A stretch of DNA of 63,217 nt, filler included, from Kipferlia bialata (Eukaryota), in assembly GCA_003568945.1 (NCBI GenBank). It is 5 parts of 4 records of this genome, joined end to end, with 100 filler letters (N's around TTAATTAATTAA, not from the genome) between each part and the next. Parts side by side here need not be neighbours in the genome. Positions count along the whole stretch, not along the records: positions 49,741 to 55,044 come from BDIP01000612.1; positions 55,145 to 63,217 come from BDIP01000612.1; 3 more parts are not named here. One strand, 5' to 3'. Shown one piece after another: positions 52,701-63,217 of this stretch. Numbering within the stretch: position 1 is the first letter of the stretch; each line of letters starts with the position of its first letter. The position numbers and the translations under genes were made by a program. Below the pieces are notes generated by a model that saw nothing but the letters and a program-made list of their open reading frames with translations, made no database searches and was not told the origin of the DNA.

Positions 52701-54913
52701 ATGTGAGCTGCCGTACTCTATGCCCTCCCCCTCACCCCCCAGGCTCCTTGACTCCTTCCTAGCCGACTACCAGCCCAACCAGACCACGGGTAGGGTGGGG
52801 CCAGAGCAGAGGGCCTCCCTCTCTCTGTGCCTGGAGCCCATCATAGTCTTCTGTCTGGTGTGGGGCATGGGAGGGTCGGTGGATGGATCATCCAGGGCCA
52901 GGTTCTCCCAGTGGCTACAGGCCAAGCTCAAGGAGACAGGTAGGCAGGGTATAGGGAGGGAGACAGTGATGTATCCACTGTCGTTGTGTTTTAGTGTTAC
53001 TATTTCCCCCCCCCACCCCAGGCATCATGCGCAAGAAGCCCTTCCCCATAGCCTCTGACGGTGACCTTGTGTATGACTACCACCTCAAGACAGAGATGGC
53101 AGACCCAGGTGTGGATGTATACATTTGTGGTGGTTGGTTAACCTCTCTCTCATACCTATTCCATGTCTAATACATATATTTACGTACCCCCCTCACCCTC
53201 CAGCCGACCACCTGCACAGAGATGGGTCCCAGCCAGACCCTGAGGAGCTGGTGGAGCACAGTGTGTGTGAGTGGATACCCTGGCTGGACAGCAAACCACC
53301 CTTTGTGGTCCCTGAGGGCATCCACCCGTCCAGCATCACAGTGCCCACCCTCGACACCCTCAGGAGTGAGTATGTGCTGGCCAAGCTGACAGAGAACGGG
53401 CACTCAGTCGCATGCGTCGGACCCACAGGTAGGGATGGTCACTATTCACTGTTACCTTTCTACCCTCTGCATGTCTCTAACCACAGGTACCTCCAAGAGT
53501 GTTGTTGTGCAGGAGTACCTCCTCAACGGGTGTGACAGCCATGTGTACCAGCCCATCATCCTCAACTTCAGTGCCCAGACAAGTGCCAACAAGACCCAGG
53601 TGGGTGTATGCATCATATATGCACTTAATACTTTGTGCCAGCAGGAACGATACAGTTGGGGTGCTACCCTTGTGTCCAGGGATCCCCCCCCCCTCCCTCA
53701 CCCCCAGGACTTCATCGATGAGAAGATGGACAAGAGGAGGAAGGGCGTGTACGGACCCCCAGCAGGCAGACAGTTTGTGGTGTTTGTGGATGACACAAAC
53801 ATGCCCGCCAAGGTATGCACTACCTTCATCCCTCCGTTACTCTACCGCCATTCCCTCTCCTCACCCTCAGGAGGTGTATGGTGCCCAGCCCCCCATCGAG
53901 CTGTTGAGACAGCTGCTAGACCATGGGGGCTGGTATGACAGGAAGACCCTCAACTTCAGAACCATCGTGGACACCACCCTGTGTACAGCTATGGGTCCCC
54001 CAGGTACGGGTTGCGTGGTGTGTGTATATAGTGTGTATCGATATCTGATCGCAGGTGGAGGCCGCAACTCGATCTCCGACCGGTTCCTCCGCTTCTTCAA
54101 CTTCCTGTCCTTCCCGGAGATGGCTGACTCGAGGTAGGGTGTCATAAATATTAATGCTTGTGAATGTATTAAGATGACTGACTTGAGGTAGTTCTATATA
54201 TTGATTGTTGTATACAGTATGTATTGCCTTCCCTTTCACCCCCAACCTCAGTCTCCGTACCATCTTTGGCACCATTGTGGACTGGTGGCTGGCCCAGCAG
54301 CCCAGCCAGAGTGCCCTGGGTCAGACCGGCGGCATAGGGCAGTCCCTGGTCGATGCCACCATCAACGTGTTCAACACAATCAGGACAGAGCTGCTGCCTA
54401 CACCTGCCAAGAGCCACTACACATTCAACCTCAGAGACCTCGCTAAGGTATGCGAGAGTCAATCCTGCTGTATACCCTCTGTCCCTGTCTCACCCCCTAA
54501 CCCCCAGGTGTTCCAGGGCATTCTGTCTGTTGGCAAGGGCGTGTCAGACAGTGTGCCTGGGCTGCAGCGCCTGTGGATCCACGAGTGCCAGAGGGTGTTT
54601 GCAGATAGGTTTGTGTGTGCCGAGGACACTGTCTGGTTCAAGGACCTCCTCAACACGCAGCTCGAGGACCACTTCCACACCACATACGACAAGGTGGGTG
54701 GCGGTGTGTGTGTATACGCAACTGGAACAGGACAGTATGTCTCTAGTCTCCTATCCCATGCTACTCTTTGTCTCTGTGTCTGACTGTCAGGCCCTGGTCA
54801 GAGGCGAGGGTCTGGGGGAGGGCCTTGAGGACATCGTGCTGTTTGGAGACTACGTAGACATCGACACCCAGCCCAAGCCCTACACAGAGGTCCAGACACT
54901 CACCAGCCTCAAG
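49741..54913 (+). CDS. Axonemal inner-arm dynein heavy chain (DNAH1-like), internal fragment AAA1-AAA3
   Basis: [108 protein letters not shown]. Confidence 0.97.
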
Positions 54914-54990
54914 GTATCCACCCTCATATATCATTGTATACATTACACACTTATATTACCACTATCACCCACACTTTTATGTATCACATG

Positions 54991-55027
<37 letters not shown>

Positions 55028-55044
55028 ACACACGCCCCCCGCGG

Positions 55045-55144
55045 NNNNNNNNNNNNNNNNNNNNNNNNNNNNNNNNNNNNNNNNNNNNTTAATTAATTAA
55101 NNNNNNNNNNNNNNNNNNNNNNNNNNNNNNNNNNNNNNNNNNNN
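55045..55144. other. Artificial contig linker
   Basis: N44-TTAATTAATTAA-N44. Confidence 0.98.
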
Positions 55145-55302
55145 AACCTTGGTGTCCCCCCCCCCCCCCCCCCCCCCTCGCATAATTCTCCCTCTCTTTC
55201 CAATCAATCAACCTCACCCCCAGCCATCCAGCGGCCCCCCCCCCTTCGCCCAACAACCAATATGTGTAACTATATTGCTTATGTATCCATCCTCACCCCC
55301 AG

Positions 55303-58300
55303 CCATCCAGAGGCCCATCACCAGATACGTCCTGTCCAGACATGTCAGACAGATGCTGAGGAGGTATATTTACATTTTATATACATTCTTCCTACATATT
55401 GACACTTTCTAGTACTATATAGTATGTGTGAATGACACGTCCTGTCCAGACATGTCAGGCAGATGCTCAGGAGGTATACTATCATTGAGTATATGTGTAA
55501 GGACATTACGTAGCATTACATGTTGATACGTGTATATGCATGTGAGACATGTGAGGCGGATGCTGAGGAGGAAGAGTGTCAATAGTGTTGATGTGTCAAT
55601 ATACACCTCAGAGTACTGTATAGTATGTATCCGTAAATATATACATTTATGCTTACCACTCTCACCCTAGATACGGTATCCTAGGCGCTCTGGATGGTGT
55701 GCATACCCTGTTGCAGAGTGTGGGGCTGAACTACTTGCCAGGTAAGCACATCTTGTTATCATGCGAGATATTCAATCGAGTGAGAGGTTATATACATGAC
55801 TTACGCTGCTGCAGAGTACATTTGTACATAACTCTCACACACACGTAATATGTGTCCATACTTGCAATGCAAACTCCCTGACCCCTAGGTTCTGTCTACA
55901 CCCTATCATATGTGTGTGATTGTATGTACACAGGTGTGTCTAGGTGTATATTCTCTGACTCCTAGGCTCTGTGTACACCCTTGTCAAGTCCAGCACCCTT
56001 GTGTTCAACCTGTGTCTGTCCAGGATCATCATTGGGAAGAGGTATATACGTGTGTATCTCTGTATGCTGCACCGCATTCCCGTATTGGACATTGTTAGCC
56101 TTCAGTGCAGTCCCCAGGTCCCCCCCCCACAACAGAGGGTAGTAGTAAAACTGTACATTCGCTAGTGGCATGCGCTTACTTTCAGGTTCACTGTCCCCAC
56201 TGGGTCATTGTAGTGTAGTATATGTATATATATGTGTTAATGTATGTGCAATTCCCTCCAATCCCAGGTTCACTGCCCACAATGTGGTGTCTGTGGTGGT
56301 GGTGTCATCAGGTATGGATACCTGATTTTGATGTATATGCTCATCATCTATATGATATGTATCAAAGACAGTATATATATGTGTCTGCGGTGGTGGTGTC
56401 ATCAGGTATGGCTATACTGCACAGACACATGCATACATATTGAATCTATATGATGTGTATCATTGGCAGTATGTATATATATGTGTGTGTCATTTACATC
56501 CCCTCTCACCCCATGCATTGCCAGGATGGGTCCAGATTCGGTATCATTTCATGTATATGATAATGCATACTATGTATAGCAGTCGAGTGATAAGTATGTA
56601 TATTCTATCTCACATCCTCAGGCATTTGCCCTGACGGGTCCATACTTGGTATCATTATATATATATATATGCCATAACTTAAAATTGTAATTTATATTCT
56701 ATCTCACATCCTCAGGCATTGCCCTGATGGGACTCCAGCCAGACGAGGCACCAGACCCAGTGGTGCCAGGTGGGTAGTGTATATATATATGTACATATAT
56801 GCCAATATATATCTATATATATATGTATAGTTGGTATATATATATAGAGCCAGACGCGGCACCAGACCCAGTGGTACCAGGTGGGTGGTATGCATATAGC
56901 TATACACCGACGCAAACTTATATATTTATACCTGATAGAGCCAGATGAGGCACCATATCCAGTCACACCATGTACACTTCATATATGTTAAGTGTAGTAC
57001 ATCAACGAGACAAGACGTGTCCCTCTCACCCCAGGGATATACACTGTGGCACTGATATGTACAGTGGGGGCAGCATTCGTAAGTGAGTCATACCTGAGTT
57101 GATGTCATTGTCCTAATAGTATGTACACACACATTCATCCACCTCTTAGTTACTTCTATCTAGATACTTTGCATCATACTGCCGTCTTTCCCACTCACCC
57201 TCTCAATGATGTATACTGTATTCACAATCGTTATACTTTTCATACATATACATAGTGAACCTAATCTCACCCCTTAGATGCCCTCCAGACCGTCCTGGCC
57301 GAGGTGCTGATGGCCACAGACAGTGAGGGCGGACACCACCAGAGTAGAACAAAGGCGCAGGTATATGTGGTACTTCCCTACATGGACGGCACTCTTGAAA
57401 TCAATTTGAATATCTTTGTTCTTAGTAAGAACTTCTTACACATACTATATTGGATTCTTATTGGTCCTCTTCCCCCCCAGGCCGTCTCGGAAGCCTCCTT
57501 CTACAACGGGTTCATATCATTTGCAGTGGTGCTGCCAGTGGGTCTGGTGCTAGGTACTCTATATATCTATATCTATATACATTGCTATCTATATACATAT
57601 TAATGCATATATGTATGCATACAGTGGTGCTGCCAGTGGGTCTGTGGCTAGGTACATAGTGAATGTATTAGTGTAAATGTATAGAAGTACCTAATAATGT
57701 GGAAGTACCAAGACACTTGGTAGTGAGTGTATGTAACTACCAAGTTGTGGTGGTGCTGCCAGTAGGTCTGGTGCTAGGTACCATAAGTGTGTGTTTATTC
57801 ACATCTATGTATAAATATGAGCAGGGATACGTATACGTACAGGATTGGTCTGGTATAGATGTATTGGTGTCTATTGGTACATTGTCTAGATGACTATTAT
57901 GCCTTATCCAAGTCCTCAATGTATTATTAAGAGAGGAAGTGTCCCACCCTAGGCCTGCACGAGTCCTGGTCCGGTCTGCCCACCATGTACTGGGTGGCAT
58001 CATGGGGGGTGGCACTAGTCAAGCAGCTGGGGTATGGATACATATCCATATACACACACATATATATATATGTATATTTACCATATATCTACTATGTACT
58101 GGGTGGCATCATGGGGGGTGGCCATGGTGAAACAGCTCGGGTATGTATGTAAATATATATATATATATATACTCAATACATAGATATGTACATATATCTA
58201 TTCTGACTTGGTGGCATCATGGGGGGTGGCCATAGTGAAACAGCTGGGGTATGTATATCCACACATATCCGCATATATGTACACTCACTAGATATATGTG

Positions 58301-59500
58301 TACCCCCTTATATATGTAGTATACATGACTGGGTGGCATCATGGGTGGTGGCCATAGTGAAACAGCTGGGGTATATATATATATATATATATATACACTC
58401 ACTAGATATATGTATGTATTATACCTGACTTGGTGGCATCATGGGGGGTGGCCATGGTGAAACAACTGGGGTATGGATACATATATATAGACTCAATACA
58501 TACATGTATACCTCCTCTTTCACATTACTTGACTTACTACTTAGGGTGGCCATACTCAAGTAACTGAGGTGAATTAATATTTCTATAGTACTATGCAAAT
58601 TGCTTCGCTGACCCTGTAGATACATCTGCAAGTTCCAGGTGTGCCAGCTGGTCTCTGCCCTGTTTGCAGGCATCATCGACATGGTATGCATGGATTACAA
58701 TATGTATATGTACCATTATTATAAGCATTGTTTATGTACCTACACAGACACAAGCACAATCACATATATATGTATACAGGCTTCATCGACATGGTATGCA
58801 TATGACACTGCTTTGTATATGGTGATACATATTATATATATATATGACATGCAGGCATCATCGACATGGTATGCATATATAGTCCATATATATATATATA
58901 TGTATATACTAACTATTCAAATGATTTCTCTGCCCAGGCATCATCGACATGCTGGGTGTAATTGTGTATGATACATATACATGCATATGTATCAGATACA
59001 CACACTCAGATACAACTAGTAATGTATCTTCCTCTCCTCTCACCTCTAGCTGCGCCGAGTTGTTGTCATTCTGACATGTCTGGTTGTCTTCAATGAGGAA
59101 CTCACGTGGCAGAAGGTATCTATACATATTTTTATATACCTGTGTATGCATCATATATGTGCGTGTGTGTGTTTAGATATCATATGTCTAGAGGCACTTA
59201 CGTGGCAGAAGGTATGGATCCGTGGAACCATTACACAATATATTATTAAATATATATGTATTAATATACTAATATAGTACGGGGTAGTGGCTCACCCCAG
59301 CTCAGCTCTGTGACTGTTGTGTGTCTACGTTCTGTTATACTTGAATGTATATATATATATATTAGTATATACACGCATATGTCGTGTTGTTTGTGCTCTC
59401 ACCCCAGCTCTGCTCTGTGACCATTGTGTGCCTAGGCTTCGGTGTATACATGCACGGAGTGGCACAGACATCGAAGAAGAAGAGGGTGCACGTGTTATAG
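55303..59500 (+). CDS. DMT-superfamily transporter, purine permease (PUP/PUNUT)-like, 5'-partial
   Basis: Spliced: YGILGALDGVHTLLQSVGLNYLP|GSVYTLVKSSTLVFNLCLSRIIIGKR|FTAHNVVSVVVVS...LVSALFAGIIDM|LRRVVVILTCLVVFNEELTWQK|LCSVTIVCLGFGVYMHG...*. Confidence 0.75.
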
Positions 59501-59955
59501 AAGCAGGGATAAATAGATGTGTATACGAATGATTGTAGAGGTATATATATGTCTATATGCACGGAGTGGCACAGACAGCAAAGAGAAAGAAAGTACACGT
59601 ACTGTGAGAGAATAGAACTAAGTTGACGCGGCTTGGGGATAAAGAATACACTTTCAAATATGTAAATGGGTCAATGTTTGTTTATTTACTATATGTATAT
59701 ATATGCAAGGGTTGGCAGAGACATCAAAGGAGAAGAGAGCACAAACAGGACGAAACAAATAAATGAACTCAAAGCAATGTTTTTCATTTAGGCCTAGCGA
59801 GACCGAAGGGTCAAGGGCGAATAGAATCATAGATAGTCTTGCCTATTCAGCATATACTCCTGAGTCTACACTGGTGCACTCACTCTGGGTCTCAGAGAGT
59901 AGAGCCGCTTGTGTCACACACACGCTAGTGATAGTGTGCACACAGACTAGTGGTG

Positions 59956-60050
59956 ATGTGCCCTGCTGTGGGGGTAGAGGGGGGGAGAGGGGGAGAGAGA
60001 GAGATTAGTCTGAGCAAGCGGGTGCTGCAACAGTCGCTCAGTGCAACACG
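59956..60050 (+). CDS. First exon of a hypothetical gene, broken downstream at poly-C
   Basis: ATG...MCPAVGVEGGRGGEREISLSKRVLQQSLSATR followed by a GTGGGT donor, with an echo copy at about 60170-60192. Confidence 0.35.
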
Positions 60051-60563
60051 GTGGGTGTTAACGTACATATATATATATATATATATATATTTATAATTGT
60101 GTGAGTGAGTGTGTATAGTGAGTACTATCGATATATGTAGTATCACCTGATGCTCTCTCTTTCTACCTACTCGCTCAGTACAACAAGGTGAGTCAGTATG
60201 TTATACATACGTAGTAGGTTGATATACTGCTATCTATCTGTCTTCCAACCTATTTCTATATATTTCTGTGCGTCTCACTCAACTCTTCTCAGCGTAGTTC
60301 TCTTACTGCAAGTTGCATGCAGTGTCTCTCGTTATCCCCCCTCTCCCTTCCACTCCCACTGACGTCTCTGTACCTTGTTTCTTACATCATATCCTTTCTC
60401 ATTTCCTTCTGTGTCACTTTCCAGATATGAAGAGTACCTTTGCTCTATCTCTCTATATATATGAACCCCCCCACCCCGTTCTTCATAGCTAAGGAGAGAG
60501 TCACAGTCAGTTCAATATGCTTTTAGCCTACATGCTGCTCTGTCTCTCTGTGACTACCCTTAC

Positions 60564-60566
<3 letters not shown>

Positions 60567-60603
<37 letters not shown>

Positions 60604-60618
60604 CCCCCCCCCCCGGGT

Positions 60619-60657
<39 letters not shown>
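60567..60657. repeat. Poly-C then poly-G tract (probable misjoin)
   Basis: Direct reading; acceptor-type CTAAC/CTCAC motifs lead into the run from both strands. Confidence 0.85.
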
Positions 60658-60658
<1 letters not shown>

Positions 60659-60720
60659 GTGAGAGAGAGCTCAAACGGAGAGTGTATTAATGTAGACACC
60701 CTCCCAGTATGTCCCCCACC

Positions 60721-61386
60721 TGTGTGCCTGGGCCTGTCCTGTGCCGATGTGAGGACATCCAGCAGAGAGGCCTGGAGAGACACCTCCATGCGATGGGGTG
60801 CAGTGGAGGCAGGGGGGGTGGGCCGGGGGACAGGGGCTGGGGCGACTGAGGGTGCAGGGCTGGTGCCGTGCATGACGACAGGGGTGTCAGAGACAGTGGG
60901 CAGAGTGACAGCCTCGTCCTCCCCCTCGTCCTCCCTGCCACTGAGGTAGGGGGTCTCGGATGACTCAGAGTCAGAGGAGGAGGGCGACACGGGCTCGGCC
61001 ACACGCTCCTCAGACGCACCTCTCTTGGCCTCGGGGACAGAGGGGGTGGACACATCTGGGGTAGGCATACAGAGGGAAGGGGGAGTGAGTTGGATCATTA
61101 GAGTATCATACCTGGGGTCTCTGCCTGCTCGCTGTGCATGTCGACATCACCTGTGGCCTGGTGCCATGGGAAGGCGGGGAAGGGAGGGAGGGGGATCTGC
61201 ACAAGGGGGGAGAGGCGGGAGGACAGGGTCTGAGAGTCAGATATATAAATATATACTGCATTTCGAGTGACACTAACATCAGAAACAATATATACACACA
61301 ACACTCACAGGCTCTACCCAGTCAGCGTCTCTGACGACCTGGTACTTGTTCACAAAGCGCTTCCACTGTGCGTCGCTCAGGGACAT
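60721..61386 (-). CDS. Hypothetical Pro/Ser/Glu-rich protein, 3'-truncated
   Basis: MSLSDAQWKRFVNKYQVVRDADWVEP|TLSSRLSPLV...AETP|DVSTPSVPEAKR... joined across canonical introns. Confidence 0.55.
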
Positions 61387-61629
61387 GTCTGGATGCTGGT
61401 TAGAGAGACTGAGGACAGAAGGGGACAGTGATGACATCAATTGATAAATGAATCAACACGATTGATTACACCAACGAACTTGTTTGGGTGGCTCTTCCCC
61501 TTATAATTCACATTGTCATTAAGGCTAGCTACTTCAGGTGACAACTGACGGCTGTGTCTCGATGTAGGATATACACGCTCTACGATAGTCTATTCTGGGT
61601 AATTCGTCCGAAGAAAGATAGACTCTGAC

Positions 61630-62708
61630 CTACTCCATTGCCGTGTCCCCCTTCTCTCCCTTCACCTCCTTCTCCTCCTTGGCCACCCCTGGCACATCCT
61701 TGCCCTGAGAGGACAGAGACTGTGTCAGGGACTGGTAGGCACCCAGACAGCTGCTGATGGCTGGGGATAAGAGGAAGGCAGAGGTAGAGAGATTGATCAA
61801 TGATAACTCTGAAGTGGAGCTGCTGTCATACAGACAATCCAGGGATACATGATATACCCCCACTCACCTGTGTCCATGAGCTTCTGCTGGTCTTCCCCCA
61901 CCACCACCCCACACATATCGGCATAGAGGACCCTGGAGGTCACTGCGTCTATAGCCACAGTCACTCGGGGGGGCTCTCCCTCAGTCTCTCCCTCTGTCTG
62001 AGAGATAGTCATGGCAACGGGTACAGAGCGCATGTGTACACCTGGGGGTAGATATGTATAGACTCATACAATACCAGAGAGACACCCACCTGCATCTAGG
62101 AGTGCACACACCACTGCCTGTATGGCTGGTGCCGACAGGTCCATCCCAGACTCAGACCCAACTGCACAGGGGGTGGACAGGTGGATGTCAAACTGGGTCA
62201 GAGGCAGGGAGAGATAATACAAACAGCATGTGAATGTACAAGACCTGATGAGTGTATAATATGTCCACCAAGTGCCACTCACCACACTCTGTGGGTAGTC
62301 TGTCAGCACCACCACACTGGACACCACACTCTCCACTGCCTGTACCACATAGGCATCCACAGAGGGTGAGTCACGGATGGAGCCACCAGAGGTGAAGTGG
62401 AGGGAGCCTGGGGTGGTCGAGAGAGGAAGAAGATGAAGGGGGAGGGGGGGGGGAGTGGAAAGAGAGCCAATTATGAGACTCACTCTTAGAGACAGGGTGA
62501 ACACAGAGAAATATCTATACATACACATACAAATACATACCAATACCATTCATCACCCAAATATACCTGCGAGAGGGTTGCTATCCATGCCGGACGCCAG
62601 TGGCAGGGGCCCAAACACTGATGCCTGCACCATGACACCGTGGGATGTGCATGAGGCAGACCCTGTGGCCTGGGGGTTCATCCCCAGCTCCACAGATATG
62701 GTGGCCAT
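61630..62708 (-). CDS. RRP46: Exosome RNase PH-like core subunit, most like Rrp46
   Basis: LGMKPQATGSASCTSHGVMVQASVFGP, VVLTDYPQSVV, APAIQAVVCALLDAG|VHMRSVPVA. Confidence 0.75.
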
Positions 62709-63165
62709 AATGGGACAGGAAAGGGGGGGGGGGGGTAACTAGTGGCCTATGCTACTAAGAGGGCTCGTGCTATGTATTAACCAAGGTCAACGCTATGTGG
62801 ACCTAATGGGGCTTCCTCAACAGATCAGAAGAGGAGTGAGTGAGTGGACCGTCTGGACGGCATTGTGTTTGTTGCCCCTTATTCGACCCGGTCTCACATG
62901 GAAGGGCCCCCCTCTCTTTGGTTAGTCCGACCCTCGTCCCTGACCACTGTATCCTATCTCTGGTCTCTGCAACAGTCTAACCTAGTGTGTGTTAGCTGGG
63001 GGTGGGTGATACCTTTGGGTACACAGCAAGAGTTCACCTGATATAGACTGAGGTGACTGGAATGGTACCCAGGGCCTCTGACGAACCAGACACCGCTGCC
63101 ACTGAGATACGCAAGTACGGACACCTAGATATGAGTGATATGATCACTCTCGCCCGCTCTCGCAT

Positions 63166-63217
<52 letters not shown>
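63166..63217. repeat. Poly-C tract
   Basis: Direct reading. Confidence 0.9.

Noticed and set aside
33140..63217. Functional cluster of dynein, Cdc25, SUN, exosome and transporter genes
   Set aside because: These are unrelated housekeeping genes, partly on different pieces separated by linkers.
1..63217. tRNA/rRNA/snRNA genes or an alternative genetic code
   Set aside because: No RNA gene was recognisable by eye. Conserved genes read through with the standard code and end in TAG, TAA or TGA.

Overview
Intron-rich eukaryotic (protist) genomic DNA. Five assembly pieces are joined by 100-nt N44-TTAATTAATTAA-N44 linkers (16438-16537, 33040-33139, 49641-49740, 55045-55144), so adjacency across linkers is not biological. 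Short GT-AG introns with a fused branch point/acceptor (CT[C/G/A]ACCCCCAG), an axonemal dynein and intronless kelch-like paralogs suggest a flagellated fornicate such as Kipferlia bialata (inference). Most ORF-track entries are spurious; I assembled genes by hand across introns, so exon limits are approximate. Piece 1 holds three intronless beta-propeller paralogs (two inverted at the piece ends), a bacterial-type multi-TM patatin, a possible GIY-YIG-like gene and orphans. Piece 2 holds a TPR gene with a 176-bp intronic array, a Frag1/DRAM-like membrane protein and a KIND-like pseudokinase. Piece 3 holds a WD40-pseudokinase, AsnRS with a long N-extension, DUF1764, Cdc25 and a mid-SUN protein. 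Piece 4 is a dynein heavy chain fragment. Piece 5 holds a PUP-like transporter and RRP46. The most striking unexplained patterns are pervasive intronic 'echo' copies of exon ends with their splice sites, and the cassette bounded by inverted paralogs.
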